This document shows positions 49,560 through 62,499 of a stretch of DNA of 64,000 nucleotides, one piece after another. The position numbers and the translations under genes are program-made. The stretch's first letter is position 1; each line of letters opens with the position of its first letter. The notes below the pieces were generated by a model. It saw only the letters and a program-made list of their open reading frames with translations, was not told where the DNA came from and made no database searches. The DNA is from Chiloscyllium plagiosum (lineage: Eukaryota): positions 17,656,165-17,720,164 of the forward strand of contig NC_057719.1 of assembly GCF_004010195.1 (NCBI RefSeq), written 5' to 3'.

Positions 49560-52430
49560 AATGTGACCAGCGATGTGCCACAAGGATCAGTGCTGGGTCC
49601 ACTGCTTTTTGTAATTTATATAAATGATTTGGATATGAACAAAGGAGGTATCGTTAGTAAGTTTGCAGATGATACCAAAATTGGAGGTGTAGTGGACATC
49701 AAAGAGGGTTACCTCAGAGTAAAACTGGATCTTGACCAGATGGGCTAAGGGGCCGAGAAGTGGCAGATGAAGTTTAATTTAGGTAAATGTGAGGTGCTCT
49801 ATTTTAGAAAGACAAATCAGGGCAGGACGTATATACTTCATGGCAAGATCCTGGGGAGTGTTGCTGAACAAAGAGACCTTGGAGTGCAGGTTCATATCTC
49901 CTTGAAAGTGGAGACACAGATAGTTAGGATAGTGAAGAAGGCATTTGGAATGCTTTCCTTCATTGGGCAGTGCATTGAGTATAGGAGTTGCGAGGTCAAA
50001 TTGCGGCTGTACAGGACATTGGTTAGGCCACTTTTGGAATACTGCATGCAATTCTGGTCTCCCTACTATAGAAAGGATGTTGTGAAACATAGAACATAGA
50101 ACAGTACAGCACAGAACAGGCCCTTCAGCCCACGATGTTGTGCCGACCACTGATCCTCATGTATGCACCCTCAAATTTGTGTGACCATATGCATGTCCAG
50201 TAGTCTCTTAAATGTCCCCAATGACCTTGCTTCTACAACGGTTGCTAACGGGGGTAGACAGGTTGAGGCGGTTAATGTCCCAGCGGCAGTTGGAAATGAA
50301 GAGGTCGAGGGCAGGTAATAGGCCAGCGCGGGGTGTCCAGGTGGATGCAATGTGCTGGAGGTGGGCGAAGGGGTCCTCGGAAGGTGGGCAGGAATCCTGA
50401 TTGTGAAAGTAAGCTCGGAGGTGGAGGCGACGGAAGAATTGTTTGACGTCACGGCGTGTATTAAATTCATTGATACATTGACGGAGGGGGATGAAGGTGA
50501 GTCCTTTGCTGCATCCTGTCAATGTCCCGCTGCAGCCTACAACAGCCCTCTATACTGTCAACGACACCTCCAACCTTTGTGTCGTCTGCAAACTTGCTGA
50601 CCCATCCTTCAATCCCCTCATCCAAGTCATTAAAAAAAATTACAAACAGTAGAGGCCCAAGGACAGAGCCCTGTGGAACACCACTCACCACAGACTTCCA
50701 GGCAGAATATTTTCCTTCTACTACCACTCGCTGTCTTCTGTTGGCCAGCCAATTCTGTATCCAGACAGATAAGTTCCCCTGTATCCCATTCCTCCTGACC
50801 TTTTGAATGAGACTACCATGGGGAACCTTATCAAACACCTTGCTGAAGTCCATATACACCACATCCACAGCTCGACCCTCATCAACTTTTCTAGTTACAT
50901 CCTCAAAGAACTCAATAAGGTTTATGAGGCATGACCTGCCCCTCACAAAGCCGTGTTGACTACATTTAATGAAGCCATTCTCTTCCAGATGGTCATAAAT
51001 CCTATCCCTCAGAATCCTTTCTAATATCTTGCAGACGGCAGACGTGAGATTTACTGGTCTGTAATTGACGGGGATTTCCCTATTTCCTTTCTTGAAGAGA
51101 GGAATTACATTTGCCTCTCTCCAGTCCTCAGGTACGACCTCAGTGGAGAGCGAGGATGCAAAGATCTTCGCAAGTGGCGAAGCAATTGCATTTCTTGTTT
51201 CCCAAAGCAGCCGAGGACAAATCTGGTCTGGGCCTGGTGACTTGTCAATCTTAATGTTTGACAAAATTTTCAGCACATCAGCTTCCTCTNNNNNNNNNNN
51301 NNNNNNNNNNNNNNNNNNNNNNNNNNNNNNNNNNNNNNNNNNNNNNNNNNNNNNNNNNNNNNNNNNNNNNNNNNNNNNNNNNNNNNNNNNNNNNNNNNNN
51401 NNNNNNNNNNNNNNNNNNNNNNNNNNNNNNNNNNNNNNNNNNNNNNNNNNNNNNNNNNNNNNNNNNNNNNNNNNNNNNNNNNNNNNNNNNNNNNNNNNNN
51501 NNNNNNNNNNNNNNNNNNNNNNNNNNNNNNNNNNNNNNNNNNNNNNNNNNNNNNNNNNNNNNNNNNNNNNNNNNNNNNNNNNNNNNNNNNNNNNNNNNNN
51601 NNNNNNNNNNNNNNNNNNNNNNNNNNNNNNNNNNNNNNNNNNNNNNNNNNNNNNNNNNNNNNNNNNNNNNNNNNNNNNNNNNNNNNNNNNNNNNNNNNNN
51701 NNNNNNNNNNNNNNNNNNNNNNNNNNNNNNNNNNNNNNNNNNNNNNNNNNNNNNNNNNNNNNNNNNNNNNNNNNNNNNNNNNNNNNNNNNNNNNNNNNNN
51801 NNNNNNNNNNNNNNNNNNNNNNNNNNNNNNNNNNNNNNNNNNNNNNNNNNNNNNNNNNNNNNNNNNNNNNNNNNNNNNNNNNNNNNNNNNNNNNNNNNNN
51901 NNNNNNNNNNNNNNNNNNNNNNNNNNNNNNNNNNNNNNNNNNNNNNNNNNNNNNNNNNNNNNNNNNNNNNNNNNNNNNNNNNNNNNNNNNNNNNNNNNNN
52001 NNNNNNNNNNNNNNNNNNNNNNNNNNTTCTCTGGAGCGTCGAATGCTAAGAGATGACCTTATGAAGGTTTATAAAATCATGAGAGACATGGATAAGGTGA
52101 ACAGACACAGTCTTTTCACCAGGGTGGGGGAGTCCGGAACTAGAGGGCATAGGTTTAAGGTGAGATGGGGAAAGATTTAAAAGGGACCCAAGGGTCAACT
52201 TTTTCACGCAAAGGGTGGTACGTATATGGAATGTGCTGCCAGAGGAAGTGGTGGAGGCTGGTATAATTAGATTTAAAAGGCAACTGGATGGGTATATGAA
52301 TAGGAAGAGTTTAGAGGAATACGGGCCAAATACTCGCAAATGGGACTAGATTTATTTTGGATATCTGGTCGGCATGGATGAGTTAGACTTAAGGGTCTGA
52401 TTTTGTGCTGTACATCTCTATGAGTCCATG
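49560..52430. mobile_element. Plus-strand CR1 (49560-50085, resuming 52028-52430) containing a minus-strand CR1 (50086-51289) with a Penelope ORF fragment (~50250-50510) and a gap
   Basis: [19 protein letters not shown] on both strands; [19 protein letters not shown] is Penelope-type. Confidence 0.9.
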
Positions 52431-52439
52431 ACTGAGTGG

Positions 52440-55400
52440 GCTGCCTCTTCCATAGATCTACTGTTCCCCAATACCAAATTCGAAGTTATTGTAACACAAA
52501 TGCACTCTGCATCTTTTTATATAACACCACCATCCCCTTAAATCAATCTGAGTTTCACAGATGATATGAAAATAAAGGGACCAATCATTAGAATAATAAA
52601 TTAGTTTTTACCTGAGCAATAGTTGGCCAAAATGACCCATACATGTTTCTGTACATGCTATTTGTAGGAAATGAACCAACCTGCTCACCTCCACAATCTT
52701 CCCCCCCACCTCCCACCCCAAGTCTGGAGATTAAATACTAAACTGTTCGCCGAAGTAGGTGAAATGATTCTATGATACTATTTGAAGAGATCATCTTTGA
52801 TTATGATCAGCATCTTCCCTCAATCACGACCCAAAAGAAAATCTTTAAAACTCATTTCAGGTTGTGGATGTTGCAGACAAAGCTGGTGTTTATTGCTCGT
52901 GTCTAGTTTCCGCATGTACTTGGTGGTGAGTCTTTGCATGCTTGTTCTCCATAAACCCTTCCACAGGGCAGAGGAAGGAAGTTCAACAATTTTAACCTAG
53001 CGACAATGAAGGAATGATGATATATTTCCAAGTCAGTCAGGATGAAGTGTGACTTGAGAACTTGCAGGTTGTGGTGTTCCCATGTGCCTGCTGTCATTGT
53101 CTTCTCAGGCTGTGGAGTTTGAGGTGTTATGTGTTGCTGTCAAAGTCATTTTTATGACTTGCTGCAATGCATCGTACAGATGGAATAGGTGTAGTTACAA
53201 TAAGGGCTGTCGAGGCTTGATGTTTAAAGTGGTGAACTGGCTGCTAAACAGACATTAGAGTATTGCATTACACTTTTGTCTTGAACTGTGTAGACCTTAA
53301 AGAGAATCTGGGGGAGTTAGGAGCTCAGTTATAAAATACCCAGAATCTGATTGCCATAGAAGCCAGATTATTTCAGTATCAATTCCCAGTTGGGTTTCTG
53401 GTTTATGTGTGATGCCCCAGAATGTTGAAGAGTCATAGAGATCTACTGTGCACAAAAATGCCCTTTGAATCTGCACTGGTCAAAAATAGCCATGCAATTA
53501 TTCTAATCCAATATTCCAGCACGTGGCCCATAGACTTGTATGTCTTGGCATTGCAAGTGCACATCTGAATACTTCTTAAATATTATGAGGGCTTCAGCCT
53601 CTAGCACCTTTACAGGTAGTGAGTTCCAGATTCCCACCACCCTCTGAGCGAAAAAGAAAGTCCTCATGTCCCTTCTAAACTCCTAGCCCTTGCCTCAAAT
53701 CTATGCTCTCTAGTCTTTGATCTCTCTCATCACAGAAAAAAGTTACTTTCCTGTCTACCCCATCTACGTCCGTCATAATTTTATACATCTTGATGGTGTT
53801 CCCCTCTCAATCTCCTCTGCTCCAAAGAAAGATAACTGAAACTCTCCAGCCCAGGCAAATTCCTGGTAAATCTCCTCCGCATGCTCTTCAATGCTATCAC
53901 ATCCTTCCATTAATGTGGATTCCAGAACTGCACACAATACTCCAGCTGTGACCTGACCAAGGTTTGAAGGGATATGGCAATGGTTATAGAATTGAATAGA
54001 AAGAGGAAGTGGTCATTCTCTCATTACTGTGTCAAACTTGGCTATGGTGCTTGCCTACAGAATGACAGTAACTACACGTCAAAAGTAAACACTGTTGCTT
54101 TAGGATACTGTGAGTGTGCCGTGCTCTGCTTTATAAATGTATTATTGTTTCATACAAGAAAACTAAGCTGAATTTTCATGTTTGAGACAAATATTTTGCA
54201 ACTCAGCAAACCTGCTTTGGTGGAAAGTGCCCTGCCAGACTGAAGGCTTTGTTACAGGAGAGCAAGTGTGAAATAGAGACAGGTTTGTTCCTCCCAGAAG
54301 CAAATCGAAGGTGGCCGCAGAAGTAATAATTGCCAGGGCAGGCTGGTTAAAATGCCTACCTTGCTTCTCTGGGACTTCTTCTCAGTTAGTTCCTCATGGT
54401 GTCCAGTTCTGGTCTCCCTATTATAGGAAGGATATTATTAACTGGAGAAGGTTCAGAAGAGATTTACCAGGATGTTGCTGGGAATGGAGGGTTTGAGTTA
54501 TAAAGAGAGGCTAGATAGGCTGAGATTTTTTTCCTTGGAACGTAGGAGGTAACATTATAAAGGTTTATAAGATAATGAGGGGTATAGATAAGGTAAACGG
54601 CAAGTGTCTTTTCCCGAGGGTGGGGATTTCAAAACTAAGGGGCACATTTTTAAGATGAGAGGAGAAAGATTTAAAAAGAGACACGGAGGGCAGTTTTTTT
54701 GCACAGAGTGATTAGTGTGTGGAATGAACTTCCAGAGGAAGCTGTAGATGTGGGTAGAGTTATAACATTTAAAAGATATTTAGATAAATACATGAATAAG
54801 AAAGGCTTGGAGGAATATGGGCCATGCACAGGCAACTGGGACTAGTTTGGGATTATGGTTGGCATGGATTGGTTAGACTGAAGGGGCAGTATGACTCTAT
54901 ATTTTACGCAACCTAGCCTCACTCCCTACAATCCCATCTGCTGCCAATGCTATCTCCAGGCCAACTCATTCCCTTATCATCCCACAGTTGTTCATAGAAC
55001 TTTCCAGACCAATTTATGACACTTCCATCTCCATTCACTGTTCAGATCTAGTGAAGGATATGGTACATTATGAAAATGGACCACAACTTCAAATTATTTA
55101 TTGACTTCTTGAACTTTTAATGTCAAATCATTTTTTTAAGAAGAGGATCTACAGCCAAAAGAGGACTGAGGTTGTAAAATTAGTGACTGCCTTGCAAATC
55201 CATGAGAGAAACCATGGATGAAATAGCAAACAGCAATCCTTCAAAGGGTGAGATTCAATTTAAAACAAACTAAACTCTGATCATCAGTGGCTGCAGAGAC
55301 AATGTGGGGCTGATCATTTCTCTCTGCAGAAGGTCAGCTCCTATGAATTAGGTCCAAAACTACAATGTTTGCATTTTAGTCTTCTGGAAAAATATTAAAA
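52440..55400 (+). pseudogene. M: Endogenous paramyxovirus-like M gene, copy M2, in two pieces (52440-52860 and 54960-55400)
   Basis: FPNTKFE vs FPKFSYE; PIIRIIN vs PQVRVID; FLYMLFVG (52646-52669) vs FMYMFLLG; LEI..TVRRS..NDSMILF vs LDIVVRRT..NEKLVF; IPQLFIELSRP..SISI vs IPKTLADLALPNSISV; RIYS vs KIYS; LVFW vs LVIW. Confidence 0.7.
52860..54900. mobile_element. Cluster of LINE fragments inside M2 (L2/CR1-group 52860-53430; CR1 minus 53430-53965; CR1 plus 54395-54900)
   Basis: Similarity to other copies in the window; VQFWSPYYRKD; CR1 tails. Confidence 0.8.
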
Positions 55401-56014
55401 GGAGTATTAAAAACCGAAGAAAAACGCTGATCTGTGTGTGTTCAGAGCCGATGCGTGAGTGTACACTAGTGTGCAGTGAAGGTCATGGCTTCAGGGCAGT
55501 CATTAGACATACTTGCACTGCAGGTAAAAACAGACCATTTCTTCCTCCCCGTGCTGGAAGCTAGGCAAACCAATTAAGGCACTGTTAACAACAAACAGGA
55601 CAAAAACCTGCCAGCTAACTTGTAATGCCAGAATTCTCGAAATCAATGACTTCACTACTAATGTCAGCATTATCACTATATTATAACTTAGCCAGAGATT
55701 AACTCATAAATCTTTTCAACTTTTTAACTTTACTTGTATTTCTGTGTCATTTTATCATCTTTTCTCATGTTTTGTGCCTAATACACTCACTGTGTTAAGA
55801 AAGCCTAGTATATTTGGATCCTTTTAAAACAAAGACATTTCAGTTGGGAAAAGGTGTCCATGAGGAAAGGAAATATATTTAAATTAACCTTGTTGCAACC
55901 AGCCAAGAAAGGAGTTGAAGAGTATTTTCAGAAAGTAGGATATCCCATGCAGAATCTGAATGAATTGGGGAACTTTACTCATGGTCCAACTGCTGACTGA
56001 AAATTACACCATAC

Positions 56015-56780
56015 TGAGTGGCCTGGATACAGTGGACATAGAGAAGATATTTCCACTCATAGGAGAGACTAAGACCTGAGGCCACAGCCTCACAGTGAAG
56101 GGATGACCCTTTAGAACTGCGATGAGGAGGAATTTCTTCAGCCAGAGGGTGGTGAATCTGTGGAATGTATTGCCACAGAGGGCTGTGGAGACCAAGTCAT
56201 TAAGTGCATTAAGAGAGAGATAAATAGGTTCATGATTAGTAAGAGGATTAAGGGTTATAGTGAGAAGGCAGATGAATGGGATGAATCGGAACACTTCAAC
56301 CCCAGGGCATCAATGTGGACTTCACCAGTTTCCTCATTTTCCCCTCCCCCCACCTTACCTCATGTTCAAACCTTCCAGCTCAGCACTGTCCTCATGACCT
56401 GTCCTACCTGCCAATCTCCCTTCTCACCTATCTGCTCCACCCTCTCCTCTGACCTATCACCTCCATCCCCATTCCCATTCACCTAGTGTACTCTTTGCTA
56501 CCTTCTCCCCAGCCCCACCCTCCCCATTTATTTCTCCACCCTGGAGGCTCCTTGCCTCCATTCCTGATGAAGGGCGTTTGCCCGAAATGTCGATTTTCCT
56601 GCTCCTCAGATGCTGCCTGACCTGCTGTGCTTTTTCTGCACCACTCTGATCTAAACCCCTTGAGAAACATATCAGCCATGGTCAAAGGGCAGAATGGCCT
56701 ACTCCTGCACCTATTGTCTATAAATAACCGAGCAGACTCAATGGGCTGAATGGTCTAACTTTTCTCCTATATTTATGGTT
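56015..56780 (+). mobile_element. CR1 3' end with a Penelope-derived insert (~56290-56655)
   Basis: RRNFFSQRVVNLWN; Penelope tail caaccccagggcatcaatgtggacttcaccagtttcctc. Confidence 0.85.
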
Positions 56781-56799
56781 TTAAGTGTGACACAGCTTT

Positions 56800-58400
56800 A
56801 AAGCATAAAGATTCAGAATTTTATTATTTGAACAAAAGTCTCATTGCACATGGTTGGCTGAGAGCCCAGATTTCCATAGAAGGTTTTACTTAGTTAGGAA
56901 GAAAGAAAAACTTTGCATGATTGATAACTTTATGATGTTATAAGAAGCTATTTTTCTGTGGGCATTTTTAGGCAATGGCCTAATGTTTATCCAGACAATA
57001 TAAAAGCTTTGAAGTACTTTTAGCTTCCATAGTTAATACTTTAAATGTCTAGTTGATTGTCACTTGTATGGGGTGGGAGCAGTATTTTTTAAAGAACATC
57101 ATGTATGTAAGATCATTTCCTTTAAGCAGTTCCACACGTGCAATTGTTACTTTAATTGATAACTGGTTCTGTACAGTGCAGCTTTTTTTCGATCAGTTTG
57201 TTGTGGTATATTGTGGCAGGTGGGGCGTGAACTCAGACCTTCTACCCTGAGGAAGGGACAACCCACTGCACAGAAAACCTTATTGTATAAATGGGCATGA
57301 AAATACTTATGAGTTGGCATGCAGTCCATTGTGAGTGTGAGTATGAATTGACGTTGAGAGCGCATGAAGGATATGGGTAAAGTCTTTTGACCTTAGCTTT
57401 AAAAATTACTCCTGAATGCAGACTGTAAATGAGAGTATTGCATTTTGGTAATATAAACAAGGACAGGAGTTATAGAATTAATAGCAGGGCCCTGGGTAGT
57501 GTTGTAGAACAGGGAGACCCAGGAGTTCAGGTACATAATTCTTTCAAACCTGTGTCACAGATAAACCGCATGGTTAAGAAGGCATTTAGCACACTTGCCT
57601 TCATTGCTCAGACTTTTGAGTATAAGAATTGGGACATCATGTTGAAGTTGTACAGGATATTGGTGAGGCCTCTTCTGGAGTACTCTCTGGTCACTCTGTT
57701 CATAGAAAGGATATTATTAAACTGGATACGGTTCAGAAAGGTTTACCAGGATGTTACCTGGAATGGAGGGTTTGAGGTATATAGAGTGGAAAGGCTGGGT
57801 CTTTTTACACTGGAGTGTAGGAGGCTAACGGGTGACCTTACAGAGGTTTATAAAATCATGAAGGGCATAAATAAGGGTCTTTTCCCTAGGGTGGGGGTGT
57901 TCAAAACTAGGGGAAATATTTTTAAGGTAAAAGGAGAAAGATTTAAAAAGAATATGAGGGCAACGTTTTTACACAGAGAATGGTTCATGTGTGAAATAGA
58001 ACTGCCAGAGAAAGTGGTGGATGTGGGTACAGTTACAACATTTAAAAGACATTTGGTTGGGTAGACAAATAACAAAGGTTGTGAGAGTATGGGCCAATTG
58101 CAGGTAGGTGGGACTAGTTTAGTTTGGGAACATGTTCAGCATGGACTGGTCTGTACAACTGTGTGATTCCTCTGAGGGATAGTAAATCATGATCATAGTG
58201 AAATTGACAGAGCTCAATGAAAGTTTCGGGGGGGGATGGGAGATGCCTTTGCGTGCATTGCTGCCGGTCGTGTGTGTGTATGCGTGTGTGCGAGAGAGAG
58301 AGAGAAAAATGGGGTAGGGGTAGAGGTGCAATTCATTACACACATCATTATTCTGTGCCACTGAACATTGGAGACATCAGGACTGAGGATGTGAATCACA
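56800..58400 (+). pseudogene. F: Endogenous paramyxovirus-like F gene, N-terminal half, copy F4; CR1 inserted at 57428-58170
   Basis: AQISIEGFT*LG (56864-56899) vs GQIHWGNLSKIG; QYKSFEVLLASIVNTLNV* vs [34 protein letters not shown] (~57383-57427) vs SLDLALSKYLSDL; FGGGWEMPLRAL (58225-58260) vs FGGNYETLLRTL. Confidence 0.7.
57428..58170 (+). mobile_element. CR1 LINE 3' part
   Basis: ORF 57429-58064: VLHFG..MLKLYRILVRPLLEY..TFKRHL. Confidence 0.95.
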
Positions 58401-59979
58401 GAATTGGGTCCACTTTGCCATTTTTAAACCCTTCATCGCTTCTGTCCAGAGATGGTCAGTGGCATAAACATCCAGATATGTACCTTTGAAAATTGAATTA
58501 AAACTCTCCATCTCTTTTTTTCTCAGAAACACTTGCCTACATTTAATTAAAATGGGCTCCAATTTATCTACTTAATAGTTATTTACCAGAGCCAATAATA
58601 ACATAAGCTTCAACAAATATTGATCAAATGGGCAAATCCTGTTTCTTATACATAATAATGGATGGCTGACCACATGTCCTGTTTGGTGTCGAATGCTGTT
58701 TGTCATGTAGATTCAACAGCCACCTTCAATAAAGTAAGTTGTGAATGGCCAAAAGTGATCACTGCTGTGAAGTTTTAACTCAGTAATTCCCCCTTTCATC
58801 TTTGCTGAATTAGCTCTTTTGTTTTTGCCTTGATGAATTCCTCCATCATAACTTATGTTTTCATCTCTTGTTTTCTTTTGGTGCCACAGTAGAGTTTGGA
58901 TTGATTGGTAACTTACTAAAAAACATGCTGGAAAGTGATACTAGTTATTTTCAATCAGAAAATATAATTGTTTACTGAAGTCAGTCAACCTATAAAGTCC
59001 CAGCCAAGTTGGCATTATCTTTGCTACATTTTAATTTTAACTAATAGCACATTATATAATATTGTCATAAAGATCCCTTTGGTTGTCATTACAAATGAAT
59101 TGTGAGAATTCCCCCTGTTCTATACTTCCAATGGAACTGTGGGTTACATCTTTAAGAACATCTTTACAATTTTCCTATAAATATCCACTGGAGGATCTCT
59201 TAGGAAATTCATTTATAATGTCACTACCCATTCATACCTAGTTGTGAGGTCTTAATAACAATTTTTGTATGTAATTAATTGGAAAATATTTCAGAGTGCA
59301 TCGATGCATATAATGTTATTATTGAGTACAAGTTTAATAACACTTCACTAGTGTAAATGAGAGAACACATTTAACTCTATCTTGGGTTTGGATCCCAGCA
59401 TAATCTTGCCACTTGACATCATGTGCATGTGAAAAGAAAGGCTTCTTCAAACCATGCTTCTTTGGTAGATCTACGTGCAGGTACTATGGAATTATTTTCA
59501 ACCATCTTCCCAAATACTCAATAATTGAGTGTCAAGGTCTGTAACTCATTCTAATTGATAGAAAGATAATCCCACTTTGAAACATTAAATTTGAAAGTAA
59601 GAGTTATGTCGAAAACCAATAAGGTCATCAACTTTCAATGAGAAGAATGCAGTACTGGATATGCTAGATGACCTTAAGGGTCTTTGGGAATTTGAGGATA
59701 TGATGGAAAGCCAGATATATTTGTCCTGCATGCTCAGATATTGGGTTTTCCAGATCGCACCATGAAGTGAGCCATCGTCTTCACTAACCCCTTGAGTATT
59801 TCCTCCCTACTCAACCAAATAGTGGAGATATACAGGATACCAGAACCTGTTTGAGAAATTCAATCCACAAGAGCAGAAGTTCTCATTCTTCCAGTTTATA
59901 GATCTCTATTCTAAATTCTCAGCTTTAAAGTTCTTGATGTAGAATTTTGCAAGTTGAAAGCACTAAAAAGAAAAATGTA

Positions 59980-60260
59980 CCTCTAGGGCAAATTAAACTT
60001 TATGGTCCTTTATCTCATTATTCAAACAACCCAAAGATCTTCAAATACAGTGAATGAGTTTAACATGCATTGTTTTGTAGGCAAACATAACAGCCTACAA
60101 AATTATGTATGCAAACGACAGCTCAGAAACAACATTGAGATGAATGAGCAGTTAATGCAACTTTAGTAGTGTCATTTGAAGGACATTATATTTGGATAAT
60201 TCCCTTCTCTGTTCCAACTGTGCCATTGCATCTTTAGCATCTACCTGTACGCATCGAGCA
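59980..60260 (-). mobile_element. Ancient Deu-domain-like SINE inserted in L-B
   Basis: Reverse complement of the family at 9240/17795/21950. Confidence 0.6.
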
Positions 60261-62499
60261 AGGCCTGGATTAAGTCAGCATACAAGGCAATGGTAACACG
60301 TACTATCACAAATATTGAAAGCTGAAAATTAAGTTTGAGGACTACTGAACAGTTGTCACAATAACTCTGCCCTTCTAAGATCAGAAATAAATATTGTAAT
60401 AGAATCTGTTTTGTAATTATCACTTGCAAAAGAATTGACTTTTTGGGTCCAACACTATATCTAAAGCTTACATGGAGTATATAATTCTCCTACTTTATGT
60501 CTGTAAACCTATTTATTTTACTGATAAGTGGTGAGCCATAGGTATTATGTATCTCTTTTTACAGAGCCCAATCTCAAGCGCATAATTTGGCAGTGTTCCT
60601 GTAACTGTAGTGCCAACTTTATAAAGAGGAGGATTAGCTAGTGCAGTCCTGGGTAATCCATCTCATGATAGTAGGCACCAGAGTTACATGGTTGCAAGTG
60701 ATGGAAAAACAGACTTAATTGCTTTCATCTCCAGTTTGTTGATGTGCCAATTTGCTTCCTTGGGATACCTCACACCAATTTGTTTGATCAGACATATTGA
60801 CTAAAAGTGCTTGCCCAATAGGGTTGCTATGGTCGGTAATTAGATAGTTCTTCTTCCTCGATGGTACAGCTTTTGTTCCAAAGGTAACATTAAAAGATTG
60901 GTCTACTGCAACCCATGGTGAAAGCAAGAAACACATGGCTCTTGCTGAGCTAGCCATCTTAATTGGTGAGTGTGGATCATGTTGTAGACTAAAGAAAGCC
61001 TCTTGATATTACAAACAAGAAGCTCTAGATCAGCACAAAGATTAATTCCCCCAGAATATAGCTATTTTGAAGCTCTTTCCTGAGAGTATTCCATCAGGTG
61101 CTTTATCAAGACTCCTTAGCATCTACAAATGTGAGCTGTAGATGTATCAGATGGATCTAATCATTATCTGAAACCTGCACAGTTTTAACAAATTGAATTC
61201 ATATAACATCTTTAACAGAATGAAACTTCATGGAACTGCTTCACAGGAGCAATTATCAAAGAGAAAAAAAGACTGAACCATATAAGGAGACAAGAGCAAA
61301 TGTTTAAAAGCTTGGACCAATGAGGTTTTCAATGGATGAGTGTACATGCAAATACCACTGACTTAAATGGGCTGCTATTGTTGAATCATATTCGATGCAA
61401 AGACATCTCAGTTGACTGATAGCTGTTGCCACAAGCTCGAGTTTCAGGAAGTATGCTTTTTTTAAAAATGGCTTTTCTCTGATAAAAGACTCAATTGATT
61501 TGTACGCCTCATTTCAAGCAATAATAAAAGCACATTTTTATGACATTAGGCTAAGAAACTGATGCTTTTTCTGAAGAACTTGCTAAGACTTCTTCGACTC
61601 CTAAACACCCAAGTAGTATCTAACTTTTCTACATGGATCAAACTGCAATGAATACATGTGAGATCTATTGTCTATTACAAGAGATTCTTAAATCATCCAT
61701 TTCCCTTAGTATTCTGGGGAGAACAGGTCACGAATGTCACCCCCACCATTATGAGCAATAAACTATTAAAACAGGATTTCAACCTACCCCACTATCTACA
61801 GTACTGATTATCCCTATCGCTAAATATCAATGGAAAATTCTACTCACTGCATTTTCTTTTTAAAAAACTGAATAGGATCACTCCCATTATATTGTCTTTA
61901 TGCTATGAAGAAGTTTGGTTCCTGAATCATTTGAAATCTGTCTTCGAACCTCTACAATTACTCTGGTCCTGAATGGTGTTCTTATACTTTGTGTTTATGT
62001 CCACCTCTTCACTAGCGGCTTAACTGTTATGTTGGTGGTATAGGCATGCTAAGCCCCATAATGAAAATGTTCCTGTTCATTATTTTAAGTGTATGGTATT
62101 TTACTCGATGGACATTCAATGTTGTGTTGCTCAGTAAGGAAAGAATGGTATCAGAATTCAGGGGAACTTCCAGCATGGTTTGGCCCTCTGAAAAAGGAAA
62201 CCAATCTTCAACAGCAGACCACAGTGGCACACAAGAAAGCTCCTCATAGTAGGGTGATGAAATTATCACAGTTCCTTTCACGGATAATTTATGTATACAG
62301 ATTTTGTGTGACAAAACATCCCATTCTTCAAAATTCCCAGGACTTATCACAATAAAATAATGATAACTCTTTAATTTGTAAATTTACAAAGGCAAATATC
62401 TGCTTGTTTCATATTAAAGATCATATGAATGCAAGGAATAAACTTGTTTTGCTCTTTGAATGGGAATCTATGGAAAAATTCATCTATTTCACTTCCAAT

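Noticed and set aside
56901..56913. AAAGAAAAA-CTT resembling a paramyxovirus gene-end plus intergenic triplet
   Set aside because: It lies within F4 coding sequence and is not followed by an AGG gene start.
57240..57420. Minus-strand text resembling the extreme C-terminus of L
   Set aside because: The plus-strand F reading is continuous on both sides and fits better.
61340..61410. RI*FNNSSPFKSV resembling the L methyltransferase entry motif; also AYPVLHSS at ~59645-59670 resembling the L CTD
   Set aside because: Out of register with the collinear domain order, which places these positions in the connector and at the MTase start. Treated as chance, and a reminder that single short motif matches are unreliable.
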